Shown here one piece after another: positions 1 through 14,666 of a DNA stretch of 64,000 bases. The notes under the pieces are model-generated. The model made no database searches and was not told where the DNA came from. It saw only the letters and a list, made by a program, of their open reading frames with translations. The DNA lies in NCBI GenBank assembly GCA_012295275.1, contig CM022668.1, positions 8,990,001-9,054,000 on the forward strand. The letters run 5' to 3'. Both the position numbers and the translations under genes were made by a program. The DNA comes from Chrysomallon squamiferum. Its lineage: Eukaryota > Animalia > Mollusca. Position 1 is the first letter of the stretch, and every line of letters begins with the position of its first letter.

Positions 1-119
1 TTTATTCATTTATTTATTTATTTTGGTTCACATTCTTTCAGTCTATTACGATGATGATAAAGACGACACTGTCTCTCTAAAGAATATTCATATTAGTCAG
101 CAGATTAAAAGAACAAAAC

Positions 120-205
120 AACAATACAGGATAGCACATACCAATGTTTTTCACATACAACTCACAAAGCACTGACCAAAAATAATCTAACGGGCACATA
201 GGAGG
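120..205 (-). mobile_element. Degenerate SINE fragment, same family as 15790-16110
   Basis: ACAGGATAGCACATACC... matches the remembered Meta-type core and loosely aligns with 16011-16060. Confidence 0.45.
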
Positions 206-479
206 ACTTGTCCTTCTCCAATTAAAGTTCATTTTGAGTTACAGCGTTATAGTCTATTAAAGTACATCTGTCTGTATGTATGTATCCGTATATTTCTGTA
301 TATATATATATATATATGAATATATGAATATATGTCTATATGTATGTATGTATAAACGTATGCATTTATGTATGAATATACATGTGCATGCATGTACGAC
401 TATGTGTGTATATCTACATGTATATAGGCATCCATCCATCCATCCGTCCGTCCGTCTGATTTGAATAATATAAAATCAC

Positions 480-840
480 CCCTAGCAACGCAGAGCTGGA
501 AGATGTGAAGTACGTGAGGTAAGGGCGGGGTCACGGGGCGGACACGATTCACTGCCACAGTTCGTGAACCGCGCGGTGAAATCTGCACAGCGCGTGTAAA
601 AACACGTCTTCAAACACTGGCTCATAAGTGATTCCAAAAAAAAGAAGAAGAAGAAGAAGAAAAAGAAAAAAAAAGAAAGAAAGAAGAAAATAAAGAAAGA
701 AAGAAGAACCAAGAGCGGTTATCGCGATCTCTTTCGTTATAATTCGGCCATCTTGTTCTCACTATACACAGCTGAACTTGTTCTCGTAATGAAATTACGT
801 CATCATGTTCACTCTATTCGATTTCGACAAATCGTTCCTA
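480..840. promoter_or_regulatory. Promoter-like CpG island, possibly for a gene to the left of the window
   Basis: Tandem GC boxes GGGCGGGG...GGGGCGG (~523-541), YY1-like CGGCCATCTT (745-754), TTACGTCA CRE variant (~795); high CpG relative to flanks. Confidence 0.4.
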
Positions 841-916
841 AACTTTTAACGGTTTTTGTTGTTCTTTTCTCCCATTTTATTTTTACTTTTATTTGTTTAT
901 TTATTTATTTATAGGG

Positions 917-967
<51 letters not shown>

Positions 968-1004
968 ATTATTTATATTCCCAGCATCCTCATTTAGACA
1001 AGTT

Positions 1005-1035
<31 letters not shown>

Positions 1036-2167
1036 ATCAAACGAAAAAAAACTCAAGGAAAATAAAAACTGTGGTTTGAGACCAAAGTAATCATGTCCCG
1101 TCGACTGGTTTATTGCCTTCATTTAGCGCTACACGTTTAGACATAACAGTATGCTTCATTATCAAGCTATAGTCCGCGTAACATCTTATGCAATACTTGT
1201 TACTGACTGGTTTCCAGTTGGCATTCGTCCAGCTTTCCTATCTCGGTGGCGTATTTTTTTTTTTTATTACGCTTGTACCCGTCGGGTCAAACACGCTGGG
1301 TCACGGTGACCTGGTCAGTGTATGGTCATTTTCCTCTGCGTAGACAAATTATGTTCTGTTTCACGTTGTTGTTGTTTTTTTGTTGCCATGGCTTCAGATC
1401 AACATTTCAGTGTAAAGAGTTATTGATATTCTTTTGTTTTAATAATAAGAAGAAAGCAACAAAACAATTTTGGTTATTAAATTTTTTTTTTTTTTTTTTT
1501 TCTTTTTTTTTTCACTTTTTTTATATTAATGTTTAATTTCTATAAAACTAATAAATAAAGAATATGGCAGTTGTAGTTGTAGTAGCAGTGGTAGTAGTAG
1601 TAGTATTAATTAATTAATTAATTAATAGTCAAATACAATCGATGGAGAGACTAATAGGATAGGGGTCATTTTCTAAACGACGAATTTGTTTTTTTATTTA
1701 TTTATTTATTTTATTTTATTTTATTTTATTTTATTTTTTTGTCTCCTTTTCAGTATTTTTTTCTTTCTTGAATCTATTAATGTTTTATTACACTATTTTT
1801 TAACCTGTTTTTTATTTTATTATTTTCTTTCAATACGTCTAAAACAAGAGATTATATTGATATTGTAACATAGCCTCAAATAAAACAAAATACGAAATGT
1901 ATTCTGTGAATGATAATTTATATATATATATATATATATTTCTTATTTGTTAATGATATTAATTATTTTAATTCACTTTATATATGTTACATATATAAAT
2001 TATTAAAATAAAATGATATATGATTTAAGTAATTTCAAATTACATTTTCATTTTTATTTCTGTATATTTTATTCTTTTGTTTCATCTTCATTTTATTTAT
2101 ATTTAATAGTGTTTCCTTTTGTTTTATATTAATTTAACTTAATCTAATTTATTATTATTATTATTAT

Positions 2168-2283
2168 TATTTCTGTGTGCCTTTGACTTAAGATGGCCCT
2201 GACTATATTAAAACACCAAAAATAAAACTGCTATTATCTTAGATTCTGGATTTACTACACATTAATGTAGATGAAAGAACGTC
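2168..2283 (+). repeat. Dispersed repeat copy A (partner at 46601-46703)
   Basis: (TTA)n-TTTCTGTGTGCC...ATATTAAAACAC.AAAAATAAAACTGCTATTA.CTTAGA.TCTGGATTT.CTACACATTAATGTAGATGAAAGAACGT, shared with few mismatches. Confidence 0.85.
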
Positions 2284-2443
2284 ACTATTTTATTTATTTA
2301 TTTACTTGCTTACTTTGATTTTCAGACATTGTTAGCATATATATATATATATATTTTTAATTAATTTAATTTTAAACAATTTATTTATTTTATTCAGTAA
2401 TGTTTCCTACAATATACACATATACACATACATACATATATAC

Positions 2444-2521
<78 letters not shown>

Positions 2522-3307
2522 GTATGTATATGTACAAATACGAAAGACAGTCTGACGAATATGATAAAAATTTGCACCTGTAAGGTCCGCCCTAAATTCT
2601 TACAACAAACATTGTCTGCAAACTTTCCGCATCAGTGAGCAGACGACAACCATTCCGCGCCATTAGTTTTCCTCGGTCATTGCACGAGCGGTCGTTGACC
2701 GGCTCCTAAAGATCTGATCTCAGCCGTGGTCAACCTCTGCCACCTCAGAAGATTATATACGTTGCTTAAAGTAAAACGTCTTTAAAAAAAAATGTAGAAA
2801 AAAAAATTGCATAATTTATTAACTTCAGCCGATTATGAAGACTTGGCATATTTTGAAAAGACAGGACTTCCATCACAAAAGAAACTGAAAGTGCCAAAAT
2901 TGTTTCCAAGTCTGGAAATAAGGGGGTGGGTGGTGGTGGGTGGTGGTGGGTGTGTCGCTTCTGTAAAGGCGATTTTTCAATTCACTTCACTTCTCAAGGG
3001 AAACCCAAATCTCTCATTCACACTCGTTCTGATTTTTTTTTTTTTTTTTTTTTTTTTCCTTTTCCTTCTTCTAAATTCTTCATGCTGACCGATTTTCCAC
3101 GCCCGAATGGGACAGGGACCCTAGCGGGGTCACGTGATTGCATAACGCCATCATGGCGTTCAACGCCGCTTTCAGTGGGGCATTTATCATAAAGCTTTTA
3201 TTCGGCGTCGTTTCGAAGTCACGCCCAGTCACGCGGAACGGCCTGCACGGGACATCGGCGCGCAAATATCCTGCCACGAATTTTACTGCACGTAGGTTTA
3301 TCCCGAG

Positions 3308-3900
3308 GTGTTTACTTGTAAGCAGTCGTATCTGATCTGATGTGTTTTCTTGTAAGCAGTCGTATCTGATCTGATGTGTTTTCTTGTAAACAGTCGTATC
3401 TGATCTGATGTGTTTACTTGTAAACAGTCGTATCTGATCTGATGTGTTTACTTGTAAACAGTCGTATCTGATCTGATGTGTTTTCTTGTAAACGGTCGTA
3501 TCTGATCTGATGTGTTTTCTTGTAAACGGTCGTATCTGATCTGATGTGTTTTCTTGTAAACGGTCGTATCTGATCTGATGTGTTTACTTGTAAACGGTCG
3601 TATCTGATCTGATGTGTTTACTTGTAAGCAGTCGTATCTGATCTGATGTGTTTACTTGTAAGCAGTCGTATCTGATCTGATGTGTTTACTTGTAAACAGT
3701 CGTAACTGATCTGATGTGTTTACTTGTAAACAGTCGTATCTGATCTGATGTGTTTACTTGTAAGCAGTCGTATCTGATCTGATGTGTTTACTTGTAAACA
3801 GTCGTATCTGATACGATGTGTTTAATTGTTAACAGCTGTATCCGTTAAGATATGTTTAACTGTTAACAGTTGTATCCAGTAAGATACGTACTTGTTAATA
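3308..3900. repeat. 34-bp minisatellite, ~15 good and ~2 degenerate copies
   Basis: Unit GTGTTTWCTTGTAARCRGTCGTATCTGATCTGAT starts at 3308, 3342, 3376 ... 3784 and then decays. Confidence 0.97.
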
Positions 3901-4224
3901 GTCTGTTATCGCGAGTTAGATAAGTTAGACAGGACATCACTGTATATTATATGTATTCATATCAAAATAATGTAACACAGTCTTTACCTTCACATCTTTC
4001 TGTATGTGTGAAATGCTTGACTGTGTAAAACAGTCAAATTCTCATCGTTTCTCTGTCATAATTAAACAATGACATACAAATAAACCATCTGTATTTATGT
4101 ATCATTGTCTTTCCCTGCCTGTCGTTTCTATCTATCTATCTAATCTATCTAACTAAATTATCTATCTAATTCATTTATTTATTTAATATAACTAAACTGT
4201 CTCTCTGAATTTAATTATATCTTT

Positions 4225-4292
<68 letters not shown>

Positions 4293-5366
4293 TCATTCGA
4301 ATTCTGTCGCTGTTACGTAGCAACAATATTTTATATTTAAATACATTCATTTTACAATGCTTCATAATCCGTCCAAGCACGCTACTCATGGTTACATCTC
4401 ACATTTCGTCATGTTTAAAATAATATTCTTTTAATTCACAACTCTAGATGACTCTAAAAAACTACTGACTCAGATTTTCTCTGTTTCCCGTTATAATCAA
4501 AGCTCTTCTGTTACATACTAGGTAACCTTGAACATTATTTTCCCTTTCAGCTGATCTGCAATCCATATATTTAAACTTGAGGTGCTGTAATGTAATATTA
4601 TACGTATGGTATATACTATACTACTTATTTCTTTTTATATCTTGTTATATGATCTAAGTTCAAGGTATTCGACGAAGAAGTAACCTTGTAAACTTGTAAA
4701 TAAAACAAATGACATCGTGTCGAACGTTTGACACCTATTAAATGTTAATACTAAAACGTACTTATATATGGTTAAGTACCTTTTCATTCTTTTTTTTTTT
4801 TTTTTTTCTTTCGTTCATTCACTGAAGTCAACGACCGACCTATTGGTAAATTGCTGAACGTCAGATGATTACGTATAAGATTGTTTCGGTTACGGTAAGT
4901 TGGTTACGAAATCAGACTAAACACATAACAGACTTTTCGTAGGGTTCAAAGTACACATGTACTTCGTTCGAGAACGAGGGACGGACGGTTACTTAAGGGT
5001 TTTTTGGGGGGTGGGGATATGTAAATCTTTTTCACGCAATCATTTATCTCTTTGGAGTTTGGCTATGGATACCTCTACTCAGTGTAGCCTACCTATAGAC
5101 TACCTATCTCTGTATGTTCATTAACACACACGTAATATAAACACAAATAGAAACACACACACATTATATGCGTATGTATGCGGGTGTGCGCGCGCGCGTT
5201 TGCTAATTTCACTCTCCCATTACTTTTTAACATTATAGTTTTATTTATTTTATTTTATTTTAAATAACTACGTCACACCTCGTTTTGACTCATGTATACC
5301 AATAATCAACTGCCTTCATATTCTGAAAGTGTAATTATTTCCCTGTCATCCGTTTCTTTTCCTTAC

Positions 5367-5412
<46 letters not shown>

Positions 5413-6432
5413 CTTTTTAATGTCTACTATTTTTATTATTTTTTTTTCTCTCTCTCTCTGTCTCCCCTTATTAAAATGTTGACCTTGATCTGGCAAATGA
5501 ATCACGTGCAGACATGCGCATACAACAAACACTTGTCGTGTTTCATCAATGTCGCTGGCTTGCTAAATGAAAATTTGTCAAACATTATTCTACGTGCCGC
5601 ACTCTCGGGCCATACCAGAAAGAGAAAGTTTTGTCTTCTGCACGTGCATGCCTCGTGCTCTTTTCAGACCGCATGACAACTTCCGGTACGTTTTGCACGT
5701 GCGACAATCAGCGGAACGGGTCCACGAACGTGCGCCGACCGGTGATTTCCGAAAACGTCCGATGTCGCTGAGGAGAGCTGAAATAACAGACGTGTTTAAC
5801 TTTCCAACATGAACGACGTGAACGACATCCTGAACAAAGCGACGTGACAGCAATTACCACAGTGACGCCAGGCACGACGCGTTCACTTTCTTCAAATGAT
5901 CGACGTCATCAACCGCCACGCCAAATCAACGACAACAGGCATCAACTGTCCCTCTTTGCATTTGTTTCTTTATTTTCTTTTTACTTTTTGCATTTCAGTA
6001 CTACTTTTTATCATCACAGCTTTGATACTTAAATGATTTTGGGGAAAAACATTCACATGAGTTGATATAACACAGATGATGGAAGATAAAGGATTTATTT
6101 AATGACTACAAGTGTATATTAAGCTATGTTTAAACTAATGGCACTGTGTTAATAACAAAAAGAGATGCTACAAGCCACTCTTTCTCTACTAGTATCAAGT
6201 GAATTTCTTAATTTATTTTTATATTTATCTTTATTTATTTATTTATTTTATTTTTATTTTTATTTTTTGTATTTTATTTCGTAAGCACTGTCCATAGAAA
6301 GAAGAGATGAATACTGACTTTGACAAATCAGTCTTCTAGCCAAACAGAAGCAATGAGAAGGATTGGTACTAGCAACCCTTTGTGCCAACCTTATAAATAT
6401 TGCCTCCTAGGCTATTATAAAGATGCATATCA

Positions 6433-6500
<68 letters not shown>

Positions 6501-6869
6501 TCTATTCTTTATAACGATGTTTACAAAAATACTGAGTATATACTAAGTAAGACCGAAGTGTAACCTTAGCCAGATTTCAGTCGCAGTAAAAGCAGACGAC
6601 AGACAGGTCAGTGGCGCGTGCAGGCGATCATTTCCTGTGCGAGACGGGCAAGTTCCGCTACGTCACGCTGAGCTGTCTGTCTGCATCATCAGCAGATGGG
6701 GGGGGGGAGAAGCGTTATGCAATTTTTTTTTTTTTTTTTTTACTGCCAATAACTCACAGAGGACGATATGACTTGGGTTAAGGTTCTGCGTATATAATAC
6801 TGCACTTCTGATTTTAGTAGTGTTTATATTTATTTCTGTATTGTCTTTGAGGTGTTCGTCTTTATAATC

Positions 6870-6936
<67 letters not shown>

Positions 6937-8076
6937 ATCATTCATATTTTATTGACATTTCAGTATTTACATTCAATTTGTACGTAGATACATATATACA
7001 TAGATAAACAGGTAAAAAGACATACAAAAGACAGACAGATGGATAGACAGACAAATAGGTAGATTATATAGATATATATAAACACAGCAGATGCACTGAA
7101 ATACTGGGTCATAAGCATTCAACTCGAATCCACTCTGTAATGCAAAAGTGACAGCTGAAATCAGAAAAGTTGAAAAAATCACAACTCTCCATTTTATTAG
7201 TACCAAACGGAAGATCGTCTGCCGCTGGACTTCACGTCTGCTACGAAATTTAACGTCTGAAGAATACTCGTCTGCTTTCGTGAATGGATCTTTCTTCTGA
7301 GTGCCTGACCACTTTCCCCCCTCTTAGCAGAGCCCCCGAGTCGTCATTTCGTTTGTTTGTTTTAAATTCTCATTTTCGTACGAAATTAAAGTGTGCACTG
7401 ATCTTTTTCACGTTTCTTTTGAACATTCCCCGACAGCTGTTGTCTTTGATGATGTTCTTAAAGCTGACATGGTGTCCATGGCGTTGTTGTCTTTGATGAT
7501 GATGTTCTCAAGTCGAAGACGGCGTCCATGGTGTTGGTGTTTTCATTAACAACAGTGATATCTTCTGCATCTGCGGAAATACGTCGTTATTATTTTCATC
7601 ATGTCCAGATATATATAATTGTTACGTCACTATAATTGTTTTGTTGACGTCACAGTTTTCTCTTAAAATTAGTTCAAGAATGCACTCCAGCAAACAAAAG
7701 TAAATTACAAGATCGTGTCAAACTAATTTGTTTGGTATTTTCAAATACTGAGTGAGGTATGTATTATTTTAAAAATAAAACGTTATAATTATTGCTTCAC
7801 ATGCAGAGAAACCGACTCCATCGCTAAAACATTAGGAAGAAAATGTCTGACAGAGCATGTGGAAATTAATAAGACATCCCGTATGTTGATGTGTCTAAGA
7901 TATTTGACAACCGTGTGGATATTATTCTATTTTAGATATATAAATGGCTTTTTGGAGAGTTTGTGTCTCTGTTTGTGTGTGTGTGTGTGTGTGTACATGT
8001 GTTTGTGTACAGAGAGAGACAGATTGATGGATGGATGGATGAGTGGAAATTCAAGCCGATACAGAATGAAAAACAG

Positions 8077-8107
<31 letters not shown>

Positions 8108-8377
8108 TCATTATTAATAATTTTAGTTTTTAATATTATTTGTTCTTTTTTATATTTTATTTAATATTGATATTTTTTTTTTTATTATTATTGTTGTTGT
8201 TGTTTTTATTATAAAAGTTCCAAGTTCTAAATTGTTATGACGTCACTATTAATTAAGCAAATTTTTATCGCGTATGAACGTCGTCATCAAACTACAAGAA
8301 CTATTTTACTGATGTGTTTATTTCGTAAATTGCCTGGAACCCATTATTCAAGTACCGTACCACTTCTATATCAATCA

Positions 8378-8393
8378 CCACCAGACGGCGCTA
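8378..8393 (+). promoter_or_regulatory. CTCF-like motif
   Basis: CCACCAGACGGCGCTA versus the CTCF consensus CCASCAGRKGGCRCY; a second, same-orientation site CCTGACAGATGGCGCTA at 11429-11445. Confidence 0.45.
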
Positions 8394-9004
8394 ACCGACT
8401 AATGGCGGCCATGACAGACAAACGTCATCCAGTAAGTGTGGCGTCACTGATTTGTGACACGTGTTGTTATGGTTACCAGAGGGAGGGGGAAAAGCAGATG
8501 AATGGCTCAATATTAATAATATGAAGAAAAAGTAATAATAATGACAATAATAGTGATAGCAATAGTAGTAGTAGTAGTAATAGCAGTAGTAGCAGTAGTA
8601 ATAGTAGTAGACGTAGATTAATTGTCATGTATTTATACTAGATTGTGTAGCTATGTAGGCCGTCATAATAATATGCATATATGTTTGTATGCATATACGC
8701 AGATAGGTAGGTAGCAAACGCATGTGTATATATGTGATGTGCATTTATATATATGTGTGTGGGTGTGTTTATGTTTTCCTATACATCTACCTCTATTTCC
8801 TTTAATTACATTCTCCGTGTATCTTGTCAAAACGTTTCAAACACTGAATTTCAGTTTTACAGTCTTTTTCGTCTGATCAGGTCAGTGACCGCTGTGGGCA
8901 GCCATTTATAAATGTCGTCTGTCACAATACCGTCATGCCAAGTGCCACGGTGTGATTACCACTTCCCTCCCCCTCCCTCAAAACATGAACACCTACATCA
9001 GCCC

Positions 9005-9120
9005 ATCGACCTCCGAGTCCTTTAAGGATATTAGGTGAGCATTCTGACCTATGAGTCCTTCGTGGATATTAATTACGTGAGTACTCCGACCCATGAGTCC
9101 TTTGTGGATATTATGTGAGT
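9005..9120. repeat. ~40-bp degenerate tandem repeat, 3 copies
   Basis: GACC..(T/C)GAGTCCTT...GGATATTA..GTGAG repeated three times. Confidence 0.8.
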
Positions 9121-9710
9121 GTTACCAGGACGTCATCAAACGGGAAGAAACTTGCTGCTCATAATGGCGGAGTGTTTGTACTTCTGACTTTTATCACCGA
9201 TTAAAAAAGCATGACGGGAACGAAAGAGACTGATTCTTTTTTTCAAATTCTAGAATTATGCTGGGTGACGCCAAGATGGATCCCCATACAGGGGGGGGGT
9301 ATGTCTGGGTAGGGCTATAAAAGATGAATGTTTACTGATACGGCCGTAAAGCAAATAACGTTTTATTGGGGAGTCTGAAAAGCTCGTACACGCCTATGTT
9401 TTGGGTACTAAAAGTGATCAGACGTCGGCCGGTTCGTAATGGGGTCTCACACAACATTTTTTTTTTTTTTTTTGTGTTTGTGTCTTGTGGAATAAACGTC
9501 TTTTCAGTTGGTTGGTTACTGGTTCGTGGTCACGTTACGATTCTTTAGTTTAGTTGGTTGGTAAGTTAGATGGTTTTCATAGATCGGTGGTGGGCTGTCC
9601 ACATGATTGGGTAATGAGCTGATTTAAGTCACGGTTTTTGTTTCCTAAAGTTAGGTGTATAGATAACGACAGACAGACAGACAGACAGAGGGAAGAAGGG
9701 AGGAGGGAGG

Positions 9711-9822
<112 letters not shown>

Positions 9823-10511
9823 CTGAAAGATGAAACTCAATAAGAAGGAAAATGGTCAAATGGTATTTAATCATCCATTTGTCATTTCATTTCATCTTCA
9901 TTGAATTAAAAAAAAAAAAACCCACTATACGACATCTGAGATCAATCAGGAGCCATTTGCACTAATCAGTGCACTTATTTTAAGCTTTTAATTTCTCCTT
10001 TAGTATTCACCCGCACTAAAGCAGAAACTCGACACCCAGCTCAGCCATATGTCATTTCCCATACCTCACTAACCCCCCCCCTCCCCGCTCCCAGTTTGGC
10101 ATTAAAACTTATGGGGCAGGTGAAGTTCTTCTGAAAAGAAAAGGTAATTATCGTTCAAAGCGGAATGGCGCTGAAAGGCATTGACAAGATCGCAAGGTCG
10201 TGACCTTGACTATAAAAGGAAGAGCGGGTCTTTTGTGACTGTCGAGCCGGGTTAAGGAAATCTGTGGGTGGACGGTCTGAACAGCAGCGACGTCTGTCTT
10301 CCTGTTGGTTACGTCATCTGGTCCGTTGTTCGTCTGCTACAAGGCAGACTTTGAGGGACGATCAGTCGCAGGTTCAACTGTCCTTGGCGCGCCCATTTCC
10401 CGTTCCAAACCTGTGACCTGGGAGTTTGTTTAGCACAGGCTTTCAACTTTTGTATTTTCATGTCGATGCTAAGATGCATGTATATTATAACTGTTTTTCT
10501 TTTTCTTCTTC

Positions 10512-10561
<50 letters not shown>

Positions 10562-10571
10562 GTTATTGTTA

Positions 10572-10609
<38 letters not shown>

Positions 10610-11023
10610 GTTATTATTATTATTATTATTATTATTGTTATTGTTATTATTATTGTTATTATTAAATTCATTAACGTAGCCAGTGGAGGAATTGTAGCAG
10701 TATTTCTATTACATTTCATTATTTAATTTAAAACATTTTATGTCAGATATTTAACAATTATTAATATTTGTTGTTTAATCTGGTATTTATTCATTAATAA
10801 AAAAGATTTCCTATAAGGGAATTTTTTTGTGTGTGTGTTTATCTGAGTATGTGCTAAATGAGATAGGTTGTAAGATACTTATATATATATATATACATGC
10901 AGAAATTCCCACACCTTTCTTATTTTACTTTCACTTAAACCAGTACAATTTTAAATATAGTGAAAAGATATTTTATTTAAAATTAATAATAATAATAATT
11001 TTAAATAAATAAGTAAATAAATA

Positions 11024-11075
<52 letters not shown>

Positions 11076-11086
11076 TAAATAATAAA

Positions 11087-11118
<32 letters not shown>

Positions 11119-11872
11119 CTTTTAGCTGATTAATGATAAAATAAATAAACACGAAAGATTATATCTCAGTTTTAGTTTTAGATCCAGATGCCGCAAAAAT
11201 TCTGTACATGCTCTACTAAATGTACTTTGTTATAAAGCATAGACCCGGCTTCACTTAAACTCTCTCTCTCTCTTAGTTTTCTACTTAGATAAATAACAAC
11301 CGACCAACAATAAATACTTTCACGGTTGCTTTTCCCCTTCGACCTTTTTTGTGGGGACCTCTCGTTGCCTTATTTAATCCCTACATGACGTCTTTATCTC
11401 TGACACACCTCGAAATGAGTTGTCTTTTCCTGACAGATGGCGCTAAAACATCATCCTTTTATGTTTTTTTCATTTATTTAGTTTTTCTTAAAACCTTTAG
11501 GACGTTTTGACCCAGACCGAACAAAGCAAAAAAAAAAAAAAAAAAGAAAAGAATGTTATCAAATCCTTATCCGTGTTCATTCGCAAGTCAACTTTTTAAA
11601 CTTCGTGTACAATTAGAACTACACGGTTATCTTTCTCTGACCTCTGACGAGTGTCACTAGAGGTCGCGACCGAATTGGCGTCTTATAATTGGCTGGAGTG
11701 ACTGCGAGTTTGGTATGCGGAGAAAAAGAAAAATTATTGTTTGTTTACACATGTATTGTAAAACACGTGTCGGGCTTACAAAAAGACGAAATAGGTTTCT
11801 TTTTCCCGGGCTGCTCTCGACTGAAATCTGCATTGTTCGACCAGCAGACGACATATGGGGTTTTCGCACGCT

Positions 11873-11909
<37 letters not shown>

Positions 11910-12448
11910 CTGTAAAAGAATAACTTGGTAATACTCTTGATGTTTTTAAACATTATTTCGTTTTAATGGTTAACTGAATATTCTCTGGCCTACGTATTTT
12001 GGGTAAAAATGATAATATCTTCTGGTACATTACACACTTTTAATAAAAAGTAAAAAGAAATTAAGAAAATATTTTAGCTTGACTTAAATATCGTCTATTG
12101 CTGCATTTGTGCTACTCATTATTAATTAATAAATACAATATGACATTAAAAAGTTAATAATAAAGATAAAATGAACTGTTAATTTTTTCACTTACATTTT
12201 TGTTTCCTTTTATATAATTTTAGTATATATACATGTATATATTTATATATGTATGTGTGTATGTGTATGTTTAAACGAATGTTTGTATGTGCGTATTTGT
12301 GTGTGCAATTATGTAAGTATGTATGTATGTATGTATGCATGTAAGTATCTGTGAATGTATGTATATTTACGTACAGTTAATAGAACTATTGCTACTACTT
12401 CATCTAATATTAGCACTAATACAACAGTAAATATAATAATAATAATAA

Positions 12449-12492
<44 letters not shown>

Positions 12493-13198
12493 ATGTCAGA
12501 TGTTATTTATTTATATCTTCTTCTAGTTCTTTCTTTTTTCTTCATTTTTTCTTTTTATTTATTTTCTTCTGTTTTTTTTTTTTTTTTTTTTTTATTCGTT
12601 TATTTAAGGATAATAATAATAATTCCTACGACATCTGTTTTTTATGACAGATGTTTCTATAATTGGCTGACATTCAGCCAATTGTTTTTTCCTTTTGTAT
12701 TTGCTGCGGGATTGTTTCACGATTCGCACGCGCCAACGCGCGACCACTGTCTTTCCGTTTCATTAATTTCGAAAAATAAAACACGAAAGAAATTATCACT
12801 GAAGTAGGGCGTTTATGGAGATGTTTTGCGGTTGTATTTTCATAATTAAAAAATGAACTGCAGTCGACCTGGTCTTAGAAAGCTTTACTTAAAACTCGTC
12901 GGTGCCTTTAAGAAGACGAAAACATACTGATAATGATGAAAGACGGGACATTTATGGAGTGATGTATTTTAATTAGTTGTGGGGCCCGTAACAGGATCAC
13001 GAGGTTTCCCCGTATCACTCCCATCCCTCCCCCCACTTTCGCCAAAAAAATTGTATATGTATACCGTAAGTAAAATTATTAAAATTATTTTATGCCGTAA
13101 CTGAAAAAAATGAAGAATTTCTCCTGTTTTATTTTAATTTTATTTCAATATTATTAGTATAATAACTGTTTCTTTTATTATTTATTATTGAATTGTTG

Positions 13199-13239
<41 letters not shown>

Positions 13240-14563
13240 TTTGTTGTTGTTTATTTTTTTTTATCATTATTATTATTATTTTTTTTTTAAATTTTAATTT
13301 TTATTAATTTTTAATTTTTTTTTTTTTTTTTTGTTGTTGTTGTTGGTGTTTTTGTTGTTCTTTTTCTTTGTTTGTTTGTTCTGTAGTCTGAAAAAGAGGG
13401 CTAAATCGATGGGACGAAATGATCCTGTTAATATAATATGTTAATTACCCAAACAAAACCATAACCAAATTTCACTTCTCGGAACAAGCGAAAGACGTAC
13501 ATACACACATTTTACTTCATCGTCTGTCGCTGTTATTATTTCATCAAAGCGTCGTTAACTGTCAGCACGGATAATTATTCCACCATTTTTTTTGTCTCGA
13601 ATTTACCCGATCGCCTTCAGCCGACTGTATAAACATTGTTCCGACGTCACTGCTTAGAACGTGCGGTGCACGCGCAGGGCGAGCCAGCATGACCTCGGTG
13701 TGACAATTATTGTAATAGACGTATCATCAAAGAGATCGTTATTAATATCTGAGTCATTTCCATTAGGAGCCGCAACGTGCAAAAACCTGAGCAGACGATA
13801 TTTCTTTCTCAAATTATCATTCGCCAGGGGAGATAATCCAAAACATTTTTTTTTTCTCCCCCATTCCAGACGCGTTTTGGACCGTACCCCAGGAGAATTG
13901 AGATGTTATCATTAATCAATTTTCCACGAGTTCAAGTCAAATGGTCTCGGCAATTATCCTACGTATGAGCGTCCACGTTTGGTCACTGCTTGAAGTATTT
14001 AAGGATTAGAGTGGACATTAAGGAAATAATCACATTGTCCAGTAGTGGTCATCTGTTTCATTAATTACAGAGTGGATGGAATGAGAGTCCTATTTTAGTC
14101 CTGTTACTTTCTATAACGCGTCTTAGTTGAATTTCTTATCATTTTGTAAACTGAGAGTAACCCACGCTAAGCGTACACGGACCACAGACCTTTCGAATTT
14201 GATTGCAATTAATATTCATCTCCAGTGTGTCATCGTGAGAGAATTTAGACTTCCCATGCTGGACGAGCTTGAACCTTTTGCCGGGTTCTGAACGTTTGAT
14301 CAAGTCTTGAAAATCTGCCTCGTTTCAGCTGAGCGCTATGCACTTGCAAACAGAGCTAATTTGATAACAGTGAGCGATTCTGAACTCGGCTTTGTGGTTA
14401 AAAACTGATCTGTAATCGTGTGGAATTTAAATAAATTAGTTTTGAACTAACTGCTAAAATTATGCAGTTGCTAAGGTGATGGTAGGTTGGTTCTAGGGTC
14501 ATATTTTGATAAATGTTTTTTAGGGAGGATGTGGATGGGATTTTTCAAGTGCTCGTTATGACT

Positions 14564-14666
<103 letters not shown>

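Noticed and set aside
3308-3900. 34-bp repeat array as a CRISPR array
   Set aside because: Units are head-to-tail with no unique spacers, there are no cas genes, and the context is eukaryotic.
4490-4712. Possible LINE 3' end (GACGAAGAAG...TTGTAAATAAAAC)
   Set aside because: No reverse transcriptase remnant and no second copy in the window.
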